This document shows, one piece after another, positions 36,409-46,986 of a stretch of 64,000 bases of DNA. Source of the DNA: Natronospirales bacterium (GTDB lineage: Bacteria; Pseudomonadota; Gammaproteobacteria; Natronospirales; REEB76); NCBI GenBank assembly GCA_021792635.1, contig JAJYUH010000001.1, forward strand, positions 280,710 through 344,709. The letters run 5' to 3'. A program made the position numbers and the translations under genes. Below the pieces are notes generated by a model. The model did not search any database. It saw only the letters and a program-made list of their open reading frames with translations, and was not told the origin of the DNA. The first letter of the stretch is position 1. Every line of letters starts with the position of its first letter.

Positions 36409-37030
36409 TAAGAATCAACCAATGACTGTCGCTGCGCAAACCCGTTCCGGGATTGCAGACGCCCTGTTTACCAAGGTGCAACAGCGAGTACTGGCTATCG
36501 TATATGGGAACTCCGGTAGGTCTTTTTATGCGAACGAGATTATTGCCCTCGCAGGTTCCGGTACGGGTGCGGTCCAGAGGGAATTGGGCCGTCTTGAGGC
36601 GGCAGGTCTCGTTATTCTTACGCGCATCGGTAACCAGAAGCACTACCAGGCTAATGCGTTGGCACCGGTGTTTGTGGAATTGCGCGGCCTAGTCCTGAAA
36701 ACTTGCGGTCTGGTGGATATTTTACGCGCAGCACTGGCACCGCTAGCCGGTCAAATCATCACCGCATTCGTTTATGGCTCGGTCGCTAAGGGCGAGGATA
36801 CAGCGAAAAGTGACATCGATCTGATGGTGCTAAGCCATACGCTGTCGTACGCTGACTTATATGCTGTTCTGGAAGGGGCGACGAATCAGCTAGGGCGGAC
36901 TGCCAACCCGACCTTGTATAAGCCCCAGGAACTCGAAAAACGTGTTAAAGAGGGCAACGCCTTCATCCAGCGAGTCCTGGCACAACCGAAACTTTGGTTG
37001 ATGGGAGACGAACATGAGCTCGCCGTTTGA
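36401..37030 (+). CDS. winged-helix DNA-binding domain fused to a pol-beta-type nucleotidyltransferase (MNT-like)
   Basis: N-terminal 'ANEIIALAGSGTGAVQRELGRLEAAGLV' (wHTH) and C-terminal 'YGSVAKGEDTAKSDIDLMVL' (GS-x9-13-DxD NTase motif). Alternative start 36422; the track start 36146 is rejected. Confidence 0.7.
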   Translation: MGIKNQPMTVAAQTRSGIADALFTKVQQRVLAIVYGNSGRSFYANEIIALAGSGTGAVQRELGRLEAAGLVILTRIGNQKHYQANALAPVFVELRGLVLKTCGLVDILRAALAPLAGQIITAFVYGSVAKGEDTAKSDIDLMVLSHTLSYADLYAVLEGATNQLGRTANPTLYKPQELEKRVKEGNAFIQRVLAQPKLWLMGDEHELAV

Positions 37031-37436
37031 AAACCTAAGTGGACCCGGCAAACCCCTGCGCAAAGAGGCCGCTGATGCAAAAGAATTCCAAGGGCTAAAG
37101 CGTTCCGGTCTCGCGCGCTTACCCGATGCGGCGAATCCCGCCAATTCACTGGAAAGCCGATTTGATCTTGCCTACAACGCGGCGCATGCATTGTGTTTGG
37201 CGGCGTTACGTTGGCATGGCTATCGGCCTGAGCATCGGTATATTGTTTTTCAAGTGCTTCCCCATACGCTTGGGTTGGGGCCGGAGGTGTGGCGCGTCCT
37301 GGATAAATGCCACAACATCCGCAATCAGGGAGAGTATGAGGGCGACCTGAATGTGGACGATCAACTTGTCACAGACCTGATCGGCGCCTGCCGTGCAGTA
37401 GCAACTAAGGTGAATGCTCTTAAACCTCCAGGGTGA
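37014..37436 (+). CDS. small alpha-helical HEPN-like partner protein (putative toxin)
   Basis: 140 aa, 17-nt overlap with the NTase gene. Predicted helical bundle. 'CHNIRNQGEYEG' sits where DUF86-type HEPN proteins carry RNxxxHxY, and the canonical His is not evident. Confidence 0.45.
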   Translation: MSSPFENLSGPGKPLRKEAADAKEFQGLKRSGLARLPDAANPANSLESRFDLAYNAAHALCLAALRWHGYRPEHRYIVFQVLPHTLGLGPEVWRVLDKCHNIRNQGEYEGDLNVDDQLVTDLIGACRAVATKVNALKPPG

Positions 37437-37449
37437 AGCATTTCGTTCG

Positions 37450-37578
37450 ATGGCAACGAAGAGACCAGCAATGAAACACGGGAAAGCCAAGATCACTTTG
37501 GACGAACTGCTTGACCAAAGTATTCCCAATAGGCGCCACGATCGGGTTGACGTAGGCTCGGTAAACCCGGGCGCTTGA
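37450..37578 (+). pseudogene. C-terminal remnant of an AbrB/MazE/PemI-type antitoxin
   Basis: 'KITLDELLDQSIPNRRHDRVDVGSVNPGA*' parallels the MazE/PemI C-terminus ('[24 protein letters not shown]'). No swapped-hairpin N-terminal domain is present. Confidence 0.35.
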
Positions 37579-37692
37579 GAGAAAATTTGAGCGGCTTTTG
37601 GTCGCGCCGCATAGACGACACCCATCGCCTGGTCTAATAGGGTCGAGGGCGATGCGGTCGCCGTCATCGCCTGCCGTTACCACTATGACTAG
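37551..37692 (+). pseudogene. yoeB: 5'-truncated, frameshifted yoeB/txe-family toxin remnant
   Basis: '[25 protein letters not shown]' then, in the +1 frame, 'NRVEGDAVAVIACRYHYD*'. Compare E. coli YoeB '[30 protein letters not shown]...IAACRYHY'. Removing one A from 'TAATAGG' (about 37635-37638) restores 'LVYRVEGD'. Confidence 0.7.
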
Positions 37693-38226
37693 GTTGAGCA
37701 TTCCCGCCCGGGCCGGCGGCGTTCACCGAAACCTTCATACCGCACCGCAAGCTACTGCTCGGCGGCGACGGCCTGTCGGTGGAGGAATTCCTCGCCCAGC
37801 CCGTCGGGCACTGGCAGCGGCCAAGAGTGCTTTGCCGGCTCCGCCGGGGGCTTGACCGGGTGCGTGAAAGCGGGCCTACGGGTCCAAAGTCTGTTTTTCA
37901 TGAACCCGGTCCCGTAAAATCCGTTCCGGCGCCGGGGCCGGATCTCCAGGGGCTTCAAACGGCAAGTCCAAGCCCGTCACGCGCCCGCAATATCCGGCGC
38001 GGTTAAGTGAGGTAAGGCTGAGGCCTCCCCGGCGTGTCGGAAACGGCGGGGCCTGTTGCCCCGCCGGGTTCGTGTGCACTGGGCTGGCGATGCACGTTAC
38101 CCTGCCTAACTGACTGGGAATGAAATGTATGAACGAAACTCGCTGTGCTTTGCATTGCCGTCCCAGCCGCAACTTCCGTGTGACGGCCCGGCTCCCGGAC
38201 CATTTCAAGTCAAGGATTATTTTCCA

Positions 38227-39318
38227 ATGAATACAGAATCCCAGCCCCCCAAGAAAACCGATCTGCAGAATCCAAACCCCTCCCCGATGGCCCCACAGGC
38301 CGGCATGCCCCAGCCGCCCTGGATGCCTGGCTACGTGCCAGCCGACGAAATTGATCTCGTGGACCTGGGCGTCGCCCTGTGGCGCCGGCGATGGTTGGTG
38401 GGTGGAGTGTTTCTGGTGCTGATGCTGTTGGTTCTGGCGGCGGCGCTACTCAAGAAACCCACTTATGATTACACCACCACGCTGCAGCTTGGCAGTTCCA
38501 TATCCCAGACATCCGGCAATGTGGTTCCGCTGATGTCCGCTCAAAGTGTCTCCGAGACCATGCGGGATACCTATATCCCCAGCGCCCGGTATCAGTACGC
38601 CATCCAGAATCACTTGGGTAAGTCCGTGGTGGGAGTACCCAAGATAACCGCGACTGGCGATGTGAATGGCAGCGACGTAGTGCTCAGTTGCAGGGCCAGG
38701 GAATCAATGGGGGCGGCGTGCATGGCGGTGGAGAAACTCGTCGCTGATGCGTTCATCCGGGATAACTCACGCTTTATCACCGCTGGGAAAAATCAGCTGG
38801 CTTCGCTACAGTCTCAAGCCAAAGTTTTGCAGGTGCAGCTGGACAAGTTGCAGACCTCCGCGGCGCTCTACCAGCAGCAGCAGACCGCCCTGAAGCGGCA
38901 GATTGCACGTATGGAGCAGGCCGGCCTCCAGGCCGCCAAGGGGGCAATCAGCGGTTCTGCTGCTTTGTCCAATCTGGTTCTCAATACCGAGGTGCAACGC
39001 GCCATGGATAGCCTCAGCAAGGTTCGTCAAAAACTGGATGTCGAAACCCCTCAACAGATAGCGCAAGTCTCACAACAGATAGATGACAACCGGCATGCCC
39101 AGCAATTGCAGGAGCAAACCCTCGGTCAAGGTTACGGCCGTATACTGAACGCGGGCTTGCGTTCGCTTGGGCCCGTAGGCCTCGGCCGCGCCGCCATCCT
39201 CGCCATCGGCATCGTGCTGAGCATCTTTCTGGCGCTCCTGGCCGCGCTGTTCATGGGCTACGTGGAGCAGGTGCGCATGCGCCTGGCCACCGCGAAAAAC
39301 ACCCGAGGGAAGTCATGA
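38227..39318 (+). CDS. wzz: Wzz-like polysaccharide co-polymerase (chain-length determinant), copy 1
   Basis: '[21 protein letters not shown]' followed by TM1, a long Gln/Ala/Leu-rich coiled-coil periplasmic region, then C-terminal TM '[25 protein letters not shown]'. Confidence 0.7.
   Translation: MNTESQPPKKTDLQNPNPSPMAPQAGMPQPPWMPGYVPADEIDLVDLGVALWRRRWLVGGVFLVLMLLVLAAALLKKPTYDYTTTLQLGSSISQTSGNVVPLMSAQSVSETMRDTYIPSARYQYAIQNHLGKSVVGVPKITATGDVNGSDVVLSCRARESMGAACMAVEKLVADAFIRDNSRFITAGKNQLASLQSQAKVLQVQLDKLQTSAALYQQQQTALKRQIARMEQAGLQAAKGAISGSAALSNLVLNTEVQRAMDSLSKVRQKLDVETPQQIAQVSQQIDDNRHAQQLQEQTLGQGYGRILNAGLRSLGPVGLGRAAILAIGIVLSIFLALLAALFMGYVEQVRMRLATAKNTRGKS
39178..39222 (+). repeat. 45-nt exact direct repeat shared by the 3' ends of the two wzz-like genes (second copy 40641-40685)
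   Basis: GGCCTCGGCCGCGCCGCCATCCTCGCCATCGGCATCGTGCTGAGC is identical at both positions. The 5' ends (38227 to ~38390 versus 39489 to ~39650), including the upstream 'AAGGATT' region, are also highly similar. Confidence 0.9.
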
Positions 39319-39488
39319 CATCCAGACCATAAGACGACCGGATCCCGGACCGTGCTACAGTTCGGAACGACCCTGGAAGTGTCAGACGTGGGACGCCGGA
39401 ACCGTACCGGCCGTCACGAGCGACGCGACGCTATCGGACCCGATATCAAAATTTCGAGGAAGCAAGTTCACCTAAAGGATTTTTTGTG

Positions 39489-40769
39489 ATGGATACAGAA
39501 TCCCAGCCTCCCAAGAAAACCGATCTGCAGAATCCAAGCCCCTCCCCGATGGTTCCACAAGCCGGCATGTCCCAGCCGCCCTGGATGCCGGGCTACCCAC
39601 CGAACGAGGAAATTGATCTCGTGGATCTCGGCGTCATGCTCTGGCGCCGGCGCCGGCTGATGGTATGGGTGGCCGGAGTGCTGATTGCATTGGCCTTGCT
39701 GCTCGCGATTTTCAAGAAGCCGACGTACGACTATACCGTCAGCATCCAGTTGGGTTCCGTGTTGGCCCAGGATGGTACTTTGGCGCCGCTCATGTCGCCG
39801 CAGTCCGCCGCCGGGACATTGCAGAACACCTATATCCCCAATGCCATCTACCAGTACGAAGTGCAGCAGCACGTCAGCCTGCGTACGCTGAAGATCAACG
39901 TGGGCTCGCACAGCGACAGCACCACCGTCACGCTCACCTGCAAGGTCCCCGGCAAGCTGAGCGCGGCGTGCATGGCGGTGGAAAAGGCCGCGGCCGGAAA
40001 TTTCGTCAGGGACAATGCCCGGGCCATGGCCGCCGTCCGTGCCAGCCTAAAAGCGCAGGTGGATGCCGCCAAACTAAATCTGGTGGCCCTGCAGGACCCC
40101 ACGGTGTTCGGTGTGCAGAAACTCGCGGCGGAAAAGGCTATCGCAGATGCCCGAAACGCCCTCGCCAACCTGCAGGCCAGTACCACGGTGCTCAAGGTCC
40201 GCCAGAGCAAACTCCATGCCTCCGTGAGTCTCTACCGGAAAGAGACCGCGCAGTTGCAGGCCCACATTACTGACGTGCGCAAGGCTGCCATGGGTGCCGC
40301 CCAGGGGACGACCAGTCCCACCGAAGCCATGGCCAATCTGATCCTCAGCACCGAAGAGCAGCGCAGCGTGGACCTCTACAACACGATCCAGCACAAGCTC
40401 GCGGTCACGCTCCCGGAGCAGTCGGCCACCGTGGACAAGGACTTGGCTGACAACGCCCGTGCCCAGACCTTGCAGAAACAGGTGATCGCGCAGAATCAGT
40501 TAGCGCTGCAGAAGCTGCTCTTCGACCACGGCCAGCAGATCCAGAACCAGCAGATCCGCATCGGCAAGCTGCAGTCCCAGCTCAGTAACATCCAGGACAA
40601 CCGCGTGCTGGGAGATCCGCTGCGCTCGCTCGTGCCAGTGGGCCTCGGCCGCGCCGCCATCCTCGCCATCGGCATCGTGCTGAGCGTCTTTATCGCTTTA
40701 ATCGCCGCGCTGTTTGCCGGATATGTAGAGCAGGTACGCGCGCGCCTGGCTGCCGCGAAAAACACCTGA
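39489..40769 (+). CDS. wzz: Wzz-like polysaccharide co-polymerase, copy 2 (tandem paralogue)
   Basis: Same architecture as copy 1. The N-terminal ~50 aa and C-terminal ~40 aa are near-identical to copy 1, and the central domain is divergent. Confidence 0.7.
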   Translation: MDTESQPPKKTDLQNPSPSPMVPQAGMSQPPWMPGYPPNEEIDLVDLGVMLWRRRRLMVWVAGVLIALALLLAIFKKPTYDYTVSIQLGSVLAQDGTLAPLMSPQSAAGTLQNTYIPNAIYQYEVQQHVSLRTLKINVGSHSDSTTVTLTCKVPGKLSAACMAVEKAAAGNFVRDNARAMAAVRASLKAQVDAAKLNLVALQDPTVFGVQKLAAEKAIADARNALANLQASTTVLKVRQSKLHASVSLYRKETAQLQAHITDVRKAAMGAAQGTTSPTEAMANLILSTEEQRSVDLYNTIQHKLAVTLPEQSATVDKDLADNARAQTLQKQVIAQNQLALQKLLFDHGQQIQNQQIRIGKLQSQLSNIQDNRVLGDPLRSLVPVGLGRAAILAIGIVLSVFIALIAALFAGYVEQVRARLAAAKNT

Positions 40770-40935
40770 GGTGGAAAACGGTCCGGGAGACGACTTCACG
40801 GGAGACTCCGCAGCAGGCGATAATCACCCGGCGGGACATCAGGCAATAATACGGGGAAACTGCCCGGCTTCAGCAGGCGCCGCTGATACAAGCCGGCCCT
40901 CCGGGCCGCTTTCCTGCGCTAAAACGGAATATCAC

Positions 40936-41844
40936 GTGGCCGAGCGAATACCAACCTATCTGGCTCAACTGGAAGCGGAGAGCATCCACATCCTCCGCGA
41001 GGTGGCCGCGGAATTTGACAATCCCGTGATGCTGTACTCCATCGGCAAGGATTCCTCGGTGATGCTGCACCTGGCCCTGAAGGCCTTTTATCCGGCCAAG
41101 CCGCCGTTCCCGCTGCTGCACGTGGATACCACCTGGAAATTCCGCGACATGATCCGTTTCCGGGACGAGACCGCCAAACGGCTGAACCTCAAGCTGATCG
41201 TGCACATCAACGAAGAGGGGGTCCGCGCCGGCATCAACCCCTTCGACCACGGCAGCAAGAAGCACACCGACGTGATGAAGACCGAGGCACTCAAGCAGGC
41301 GCTGACCCGATACCGGTTTGACGCCGCTTTCGGCGGTGCGCGCCGCGATGAGGAGAAATCCCGCGCCAAGGAGCGCGTGTATTCGTTCCGCGATGCCAAT
41401 CACCGCTGGGACCCCAGGAACCAGCGTCCGGAATTGTGGCACCTGTACAACGGACGCATCAACAAGGGCGAAAGCATCCGCGTGTTCCCGCTCTCAAACT
41501 GGACCGAGCTGGATGTGTGGCAATACATTCACCAGGAAAATATTCCGGTGGTGCCGCTGTATTTCGCCAAACAGCGCCCGGTGGTGGAACGCGACGGGGC
41601 GCTCATCATGGTGGACGACGCACGCATGCGTCTCCATCCCGGTGAAGTCCCGCGCATGGAAATGGTGCGCTTCCGCACGCTGGGGTGCTACCCGCTGACC
41701 GGCGCCGTGCGCTCCCATGCCGCGACACTGCCGGAAGTGATTCAGGAAATGCTGCTGACGCGCACCTCCGAACGCCAGGGCCGCATCATTGACCATGACC
41801 AGGCCGGGTCCATGGAAGAAAAGAAGCGTGAAGGGTATTTCTGA
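40936..41844 (+). CDS. cysD: sulfate adenylyltransferase subunit 2
   Basis: GTG start gives a 302-aa protein, '[45 protein letters not shown]' (PAPS-reductase-fold 'SIGKDS'). The track start 40771 is rejected. Confidence 0.9.
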   Translation: MAERIPTYLAQLEAESIHILREVAAEFDNPVMLYSIGKDSSVMLHLALKAFYPAKPPFPLLHVDTTWKFRDMIRFRDETAKRLNLKLIVHINEEGVRAGINPFDHGSKKHTDVMKTEALKQALTRYRFDAAFGGARRDEEKSRAKERVYSFRDANHRWDPRNQRPELWHLYNGRINKGESIRVFPLSNWTELDVWQYIHQENIPVVPLYFAKQRPVVERDGALIMVDDARMRLHPGEVPRMEMVRFRTLGCYPLTGAVRSHAATLPEVIQEMLLTRTSERQGRIIDHDQAGSMEEKKREGYF

Positions 41845-41845
41845 C

Positions 41846-43768
41846 ATGGCAGATCAGCAGCCACTTGTCCGCAGTGACATCGAAGCCTTCCTGGAACGGG
41901 ACCGGCGCAAGGAACTGTTGCGCTTCATCACCTGCGGCAGCGTGGACGACGGCAAGAGCACGCTCATGGGCAGGTTGCTGCATGACACCGACATGATTTT
42001 CGAGGACCAGTTGGCGGCACTGCAATCGGACAGCCGCAAGCATGGAACCACGGGCGACGATATGGATCTGGCCCTGCTCATGGATGGCTTGCAGTCCGAG
42101 CGGGAGCAGGGCATCACCATAGATGTCGCCTACCGCTATTTTTCCACGGAAAAGCGCAAATTCATCATCGCGGACACGCCGGGCCATGAACAGTACACCC
42201 GCAACATGGCCACCGGCGCTTCCACCGCCGATCTGGCGGTGATTCTGGTGGATGCGCGCAAGGGCGTGCTCACCCAGACCCGGCGGCACAGTTTTATCGT
42301 CTCCCTGCTGGGCATCCGCCACGCCATCCTCGCCGTCAATAAGATGGATACGGTGGAGTACGCGCGCAAGGTATTCGAGGAAATCTGCGCCGATTACCGG
42401 GCGCTGGCCGCCTCGCTCGGCCTTCCGGACATCCGCTTCGTGCCGGTTTCCGCGCTCAAGGGCGACAACGTCGTGCATCACGGCGCGGCCATGCCCTGGT
42501 ATCAGGGTGAGACCCTGCTCGAGATGCTGGAAACCGTCGAGATTGCAGAGGACATCAATTTCCGGGACCTGCGGTTGCCGGTGCAATACGTGAACCGGCC
42601 GAACCAGGACTTCCGCGGTTTCTGCGGCACCCTCGCCGCCGGTATACTGCGCAAGGGGGACAGCGTCATGGCGCTGCCGTCGCGCAAGTCCAGCCGGGTA
42701 AGCGCCATCGTTACCCATGACGGCGAACTGGAGACGGCGTTCGCCTCCATGGCGGTGACGGTTACGCTGGCGGACGAAATTGACATCAGCCGCGGCGACA
42801 TCCTGGTGCACGGCGAGCGGGCGCCGCACGTGGGCACCAGTCTGGACGCGTGGCTCATCTGGATGGCGGAGGCGCCGATGCTGCCGGGCAAGCAATACCT
42901 GTTCAAACTGGCCGCGAAAACCGCCGCCGGCGTGATCCAGAAGATTCATCACAGCGTGGACATCAACACGCTGGAGCAGCACCCCGCCGCGGAACTGGCG
43001 CTGAACCAGATCGCCCAATGCCGGGTGGTCCTGAGCGAACCGGTGGCGTTTGATCCGTATGCCCTCTCGCGCGTCACCGGCGGTTTCATCGTCATTGACC
43101 GCCTCACGAACGCCACCGTCGGCGCCGGCATGGTGACGCGCACCCTCACCTTGCCCCGGGAGGACCGTGTGCAGAATGTGGTATGGCACGAGCACAAGGT
43201 CAACCAGACCCTGCGCGCCAATCAAAAGGGCCAGCATCCCTGCGTACTCTGGCTGACCGGTCTTTCCGGCTCCGGCAAATCCACCATTGCCAACGCGCTG
43301 GAACAGCGGCTATTCCTGGAAGGCTACCATTCCTATCTGCTGGACGGCGACAATGTGCGCCATGGGCTCAACAAGGATCTGGGTTTCAGCGACGCGGCCC
43401 GCGTGGAAAATATCCGCCGCATCGGTGAGGTGGCAAGACTGTTCACGGATGCCGGACTGATCGTGATTACCGCGTTCATTTCGCCCTTTCGTGCCGACCG
43501 GCGCCTGGTGCGGGAACTCATCCCCGAGGGCGAATTCATCGAGGTGTTTCTGGATACGCCGATTGAGGTTTGTGAGCAACGCGACCCCAAAGGTTTGTAC
43601 CGCAAGGCGCGCGCCGGGCAGATCCGCAATTTCACCGGTATTGATGCGCCCTATGAACCGCCGCAAGCCGCCGAGCTGGTGCTGCACACCGCGGAAGACG
43701 ATGTGGCAGAATGCGTGGATCAGGTCATAGCGTACATGCGGCGCAACAGCATGCTGAAACACACCTGA
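41846..43768 (+). CDS. cysN: bifunctional sulfate adenylyltransferase subunit 1 / adenylylsulfate (APS) kinase (CysN-CysC fusion, NodQ-type)
   Basis: GTPase motifs '[10 protein letters not shown]', 'DTPGHEQY', 'NKMD'. C-terminal APS-kinase P-loop '[19 protein letters not shown]'. 640 aa. Confidence 0.9.
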   Translation: MADQQPLVRSDIEAFLERDRRKELLRFITCGSVDDGKSTLMGRLLHDTDMIFEDQLAALQSDSRKHGTTGDDMDLALLMDGLQSEREQGITIDVAYRYFSTEKRKFIIADTPGHEQYTRNMATGASTADLAVILVDARKGVLTQTRRHSFIVSLLGIRHAILAVNKMDTVEYARKVFEEICADYRALAASLGLPDIRFVPVSALKGDNVVHHGAAMPWYQGETLLEMLETVEIAEDINFRDLRLPVQYVNRPNQDFRGFCGTLAAGILRKGDSVMALPSRKSSRVSAIVTHDGELETAFASMAVTVTLADEIDISRGDILVHGERAPHVGTSLDAWLIWMAEAPMLPGKQYLFKLAAKTAAGVIQKIHHSVDINTLEQHPAAELALNQIAQCRVVLSEPVAFDPYALSRVTGGFIVIDRLTNATVGAGMVTRTLTLPREDRVQNVVWHEHKVNQTLRANQKGQHPCVLWLTGLSGSGKSTIANALEQRLFLEGYHSYLLDGDNVRHGLNKDLGFSDAARVENIRRIGEVARLFTDAGLIVITAFISPFRADRRLVRELIPEGEFIEVFLDTPIEVCEQRDPKGLYRKARAGQIRNFTGIDAPYEPPQAAELVLHTAEDDVAECVDQVIAYMRRNSMLKHT

Positions 43769-43810
43769 ATCCCGCTGGGCGCGGCGATGACTGCCAAGGA
43801 CGGCGGAAAT

Positions 43811-43837
43811 GCAGATTTTGCAGGAGCAAAAATCTGC
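43811..43837 (+). other. 9-bp-stem hairpin in the cysNC / wbpA-like intergenic region
   Basis: GCAGATTTT-(9 nt)-AAAATCTGC. No downstream T-tract, so not a canonical intrinsic terminator. Confidence 0.4.
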
Positions 43838-43965
43838 CTTCGCCGCGATGGTGTAAGATTCACAATTTCGGTAGGAGCGGCGACATTCGCCGTGATGAAC
43901 GCCATCCGGCGGAAACACGGGGAGAATTCGCGACCCTCAGTTGCGGGCGCAGGATACCAGCGGAA

Positions 43966-45291
43966 ATGGCAAACTCTGACGACAATCAGCAGGAACGCTT
44001 GCTCAGGCGGTTGCGTGACCGCGAGGCCGTCATCGGCATCGTGGGTCTGGGTTACGTGGGCTTGCCGCTGATGCTGCGTTTCATCGAGAAAGGCTACCAG
44101 GTTATCGGCTTCGACATTGACCCGGACAAGGTGAAGGCTCTCGGAGAGGGGCGCAGCTATATCAAGCACATCGCCGCCGGAAAAATCGCCGCCGCCATCA
44201 AGGCGGGTTTCCTTCCCACCACAGACTTCGCGCGCGCTCGCGACGCGGATGCGCTCATCATCTGTGTTCCCACGCCGCTCAATAAGTATCGGGAGCCGGA
44301 TCTCTCATTCGTCACTGGCACCATGGATGAGCTGGTGCCGTATCTGCATGCGGGGCAAGTCGTTTCACTCGAAAGTACCACCTATCCGGGCACTACGGAT
44401 GAGGAACTCAAGCCGCGCATCGAGAGCCGCGGATTTGTGGTCGGCAAGGATGTGTTCCTGGTGTTCTCGCCCGAACGCGAAGACCCGGGCAATGTGGATT
44501 TCACCACCGGCGCCATACCTAAGATATGCGGCGGCGTGACGCCGGCATGCCGTGAGGCCGGCGTTGCCCTGTACGCCCAGGTCATTGACAAGGTGGTGCC
44601 CGTGAGTTCGACCCGCGTCGCGGAGATGACCAAGCTGCTGGAAAATATCCATCGTGCCGTCAATATCGGTCTCGTGAATGAAATGAAAATCGCCGCCGAC
44701 CGCATGGGCATTGATATCCGCGAAGTGATTGACGCCGCCGCCACCAAACCCTTCGGTTTCGTGCCGTACTATCCCGGTCCCGGGTTGGGCGGTCATTGCA
44801 TTCCGATCGATCCGTTTTATCTCACCTGGAAGGCGCGCGAGTATGGAGTGCATACGCGCTTCATCGAACTGGCCGGCGAAGTCAACAGTGCCATGCCGGA
44901 ATGGGTGGTATCAAAAATGGTGGATGGCCTGAACCAGCGGGGCCGGGCGCTGAAAGGCGGCCGTGTGTTGGTGCTCGGCATCGCCTACAAGAAAAACGTG
45001 GACGACACCCGCGAATCGCCGTCCGTGCATATCATGGGAATCCTGCGGCACAAGGGTGCCAGCGTGGAATACTCGGATCCCCATGTGCCCGTGTTTCCCA
45101 GGATGCGCGAGCACAGTTTCGATCTGCGCAGCGTTCCACTCACGGCTGAAAGCGTCGCCGCATATGACTGTGTATTGGTGGCGACAAACCATGACGGTTT
45201 TGACTACAAGCTGATTCAAAAGCACGCAAAACTGATTGTGGACAGCCGCGGCGTTTACCGCGGGCAGTATGATAATGTAGTCAAAGCTTGA
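43966..45291 (+). CDS. wbpA: UDP-N-acetyl-D-glucosamine 6-dehydrogenase-like nucleotide-sugar dehydrogenase
   Basis: '[15 protein letters not shown]' NAD fold, 'GGHCIPIDP' catalytic Cys. First of a WbpA/B/D/E-like gene series. The track start 43711 is rejected. Confidence 0.8.
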   Translation: MANSDDNQQERLLRRLRDREAVIGIVGLGYVGLPLMLRFIEKGYQVIGFDIDPDKVKALGEGRSYIKHIAAGKIAAAIKAGFLPTTDFARARDADALIICVPTPLNKYREPDLSFVTGTMDELVPYLHAGQVVSLESTTYPGTTDEELKPRIESRGFVVGKDVFLVFSPEREDPGNVDFTTGAIPKICGGVTPACREAGVALYAQVIDKVVPVSSTRVAEMTKLLENIHRAVNIGLVNEMKIAADRMGIDIREVIDAAATKPFGFVPYYPGPGLGGHCIPIDPFYLTWKAREYGVHTRFIELAGEVNSAMPEWVVSKMVDGLNQRGRALKGGRVLVLGIAYKKNVDDTRESPSVHIMGILRHKGASVEYSDPHVPVFPRMREHSFDLRSVPLTAESVAAYDCVLVATNHDGFDYKLIQKHAKLIVDSRGVYRGQYDNVVKA

Positions 45292-45304
45292 GGGCGGTAT
45301 TGAC

Positions 45305-46366
45305 ATGAACGGTAATTACAAAGCCATCCGTGACAGGAAAATCTGCTTTGCGCTTGTCGGTTGTGGGCGCATTTCCACGAAGCACTTCGAGTCCTTCCAG
45401 AAGCATGCAGAACACGCGGAACTGGTGGCAGTGTGTGACACCGATGCGACTGCGCTCAAGGCGGCCTGTGCCAGTACCGGAGCCCGGGGTTATCCAGGTC
45501 TCGACGCCATGCTGAAAGCAGGCGGTTTCGATGCCGTGGTGCTGGCCTCGCCCAGCGGCCTGCATGCGGATCAGGGTATTCAGGTGGCACGATCCGGCCA
45601 TCACATCATCACTGAGAAACCCATGGCCACCCGCTGGGAGGACGGCAAACGTCTCGTCAAAGCCTGTGATGACGCCGGTGTACGCTTGTTTGTGGTGAAG
45701 CAGAACAGGCGCAATGCCACTATCCAGTTGCTGAAGCGGGCCATCGAGGAACGCCGTTTCGGTCGCATCTACATGGTAAATGTCAACGTATTCTGGTCCC
45801 GTCCCCAATCCTATTACGACAGTGCCAAGTGGCGTGGTACCTGGGAGTTCGATGGTGGTGCCTTCATGAACCAGGCTAGCCACTATGTGGACCTGCTGGA
45901 CTGGCTGATCGGGCCGGTGGAGAGTGTACAGGCGTTCACGGCGACGTTGGCGCGCAACATTGAGGTGGAGGATACAGGCGTCCTGAGTATCAAATGGCGT
46001 TCCGGTGCGCTCGGCTCCATGAATGTGACCATGCTTACCTATCCTAAAAATCTGGAGGGCTCGATTACTATCCTGGGCGAAAAGGGGACGGTGCGTATTG
46101 GCGGTATGGCCGTCAACGAGATTCAACATTGGCAGTTTGCCGAACCGGATTCGGACGATGAGGTTGTCAAGAAAGCCAATTATGAAACCACCTCAGTGTA
46201 TGGCTTTGGCCATCCACTCTATTACGACAACGTCATCAGCACGCTGCGCGGCGAAGCTGAAGCTGAAACCGATGGCCGAGAAGGGCTGCGTTCGTTGGAA
46301 CTGTTGATAGCAGCTTATGTTTCAGCCCGCGACGGCCGCCGTGTCTCGCTACCACTGGAATACTGA
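45305..46366 (+). CDS. wbpB: Gfo/Idh/MocA oxidoreductase, WbpB-like (UDP-GlcNAcA 3-dehydrogenase)
   Basis: '[15 protein letters not shown]' Rossmann N-terminus and 'EKPMA' motif. Position between the wbpA-like and wbpD-like genes. Confidence 0.75.
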   Translation: MNGNYKAIRDRKICFALVGCGRISTKHFESFQKHAEHAELVAVCDTDATALKAACASTGARGYPGLDAMLKAGGFDAVVLASPSGLHADQGIQVARSGHHIITEKPMATRWEDGKRLVKACDDAGVRLFVVKQNRRNATIQLLKRAIEERRFGRIYMVNVNVFWSRPQSYYDSAKWRGTWEFDGGAFMNQASHYVDLLDWLIGPVESVQAFTATLARNIEVEDTGVLSIKWRSGALGSMNVTMLTYPKNLEGSITILGEKGTVRIGGMAVNEIQHWQFAEPDSDDEVVKKANYETTSVYGFGHPLYYDNVISTLRGEAEAETDGREGLRSLELLIAAYVSARDGRRVSLPLEY

Positions 46367-46377
46367 GGCCGCCTTAC

Positions 46378-46962
46378 GTGGGTTATACAGCGCATGAAAC
46401 CGCCATTATCGACACGGGCGCCCGTGTCGGGGATGGCACGCGCATCTGGCATTGGGTGCATATATGCAGTGGCGCAATGATCGGCGAGCGCTGTGTGTTT
46501 GGCCAAAATGTGTTCGTGGGTAATCGCGTAATTATCGGCAATAATGTCAAGATCCAGAACAACGTTTCCGTGTATGACAATGTCACGCTGGAGGATGATG
46601 TATTCTGTGGCCCCAGCATGGTGTTTACCAACGTTTATAATCCGCGTTCGGCGATAATCCGTAAAGATGAGTACCGCGATACGCTCGTTCGTCGTGGGGC
46701 GTCCCTGGGAGCCAATTGCACCATCGTATGCGGTGCCACCATCGGACAATATGCGTTCATAGGTGCTGGGGCGGTTGTCACTGGTGATGTCCCTGACTTC
46801 GCACTTATGGTCGGCGTACCTGCGCGGCCGATCGGCTGGATGAGCCGGTATGGGGAGCGCCTGGACTTGCCGGTGAATGGCCATGGAGCCGAGGCAACTT
46901 GCCCACACACCGGGGATTGCTATCGTCTGGTCAAGGATCGCTGCATGCTGATTCCGGCGTGA
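46378..46962 (+). CDS. wbpD: hexapeptide-repeat N-acetyltransferase, WbpD/WlbB-like
   Basis: 194 aa of left-handed beta-helix repeats ('[33 protein letters not shown]'). GTG start. Confidence 0.75.
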   Translation: MGYTAHETAIIDTGARVGDGTRIWHWVHICSGAMIGERCVFGQNVFVGNRVIIGNNVKIQNNVSVYDNVTLEDDVFCGPSMVFTNVYNPRSAIIRKDEYRDTLVRRGASLGANCTIVCGATIGQYAFIGAGAVVTGDVPDFALMVGVPARPIGWMSRYGERLDLPVNGHGAEATCPHTGDCYRLVKDRCMLIPA

Positions 46963-46986
46963 ACAATAAATTCGGCTGGATAGAAC

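Noticed and set aside
40893-40915. Short GC hairpin (CGGCCC-tcc-GGGCCG followed by CTTTCC) between wzz copy 2 and cysD, considered as a terminator.
   Set aside because: Only a 6-bp stem, a 3-nt loop and a poor T-tract, inside a co-oriented gene array. Not convincing.
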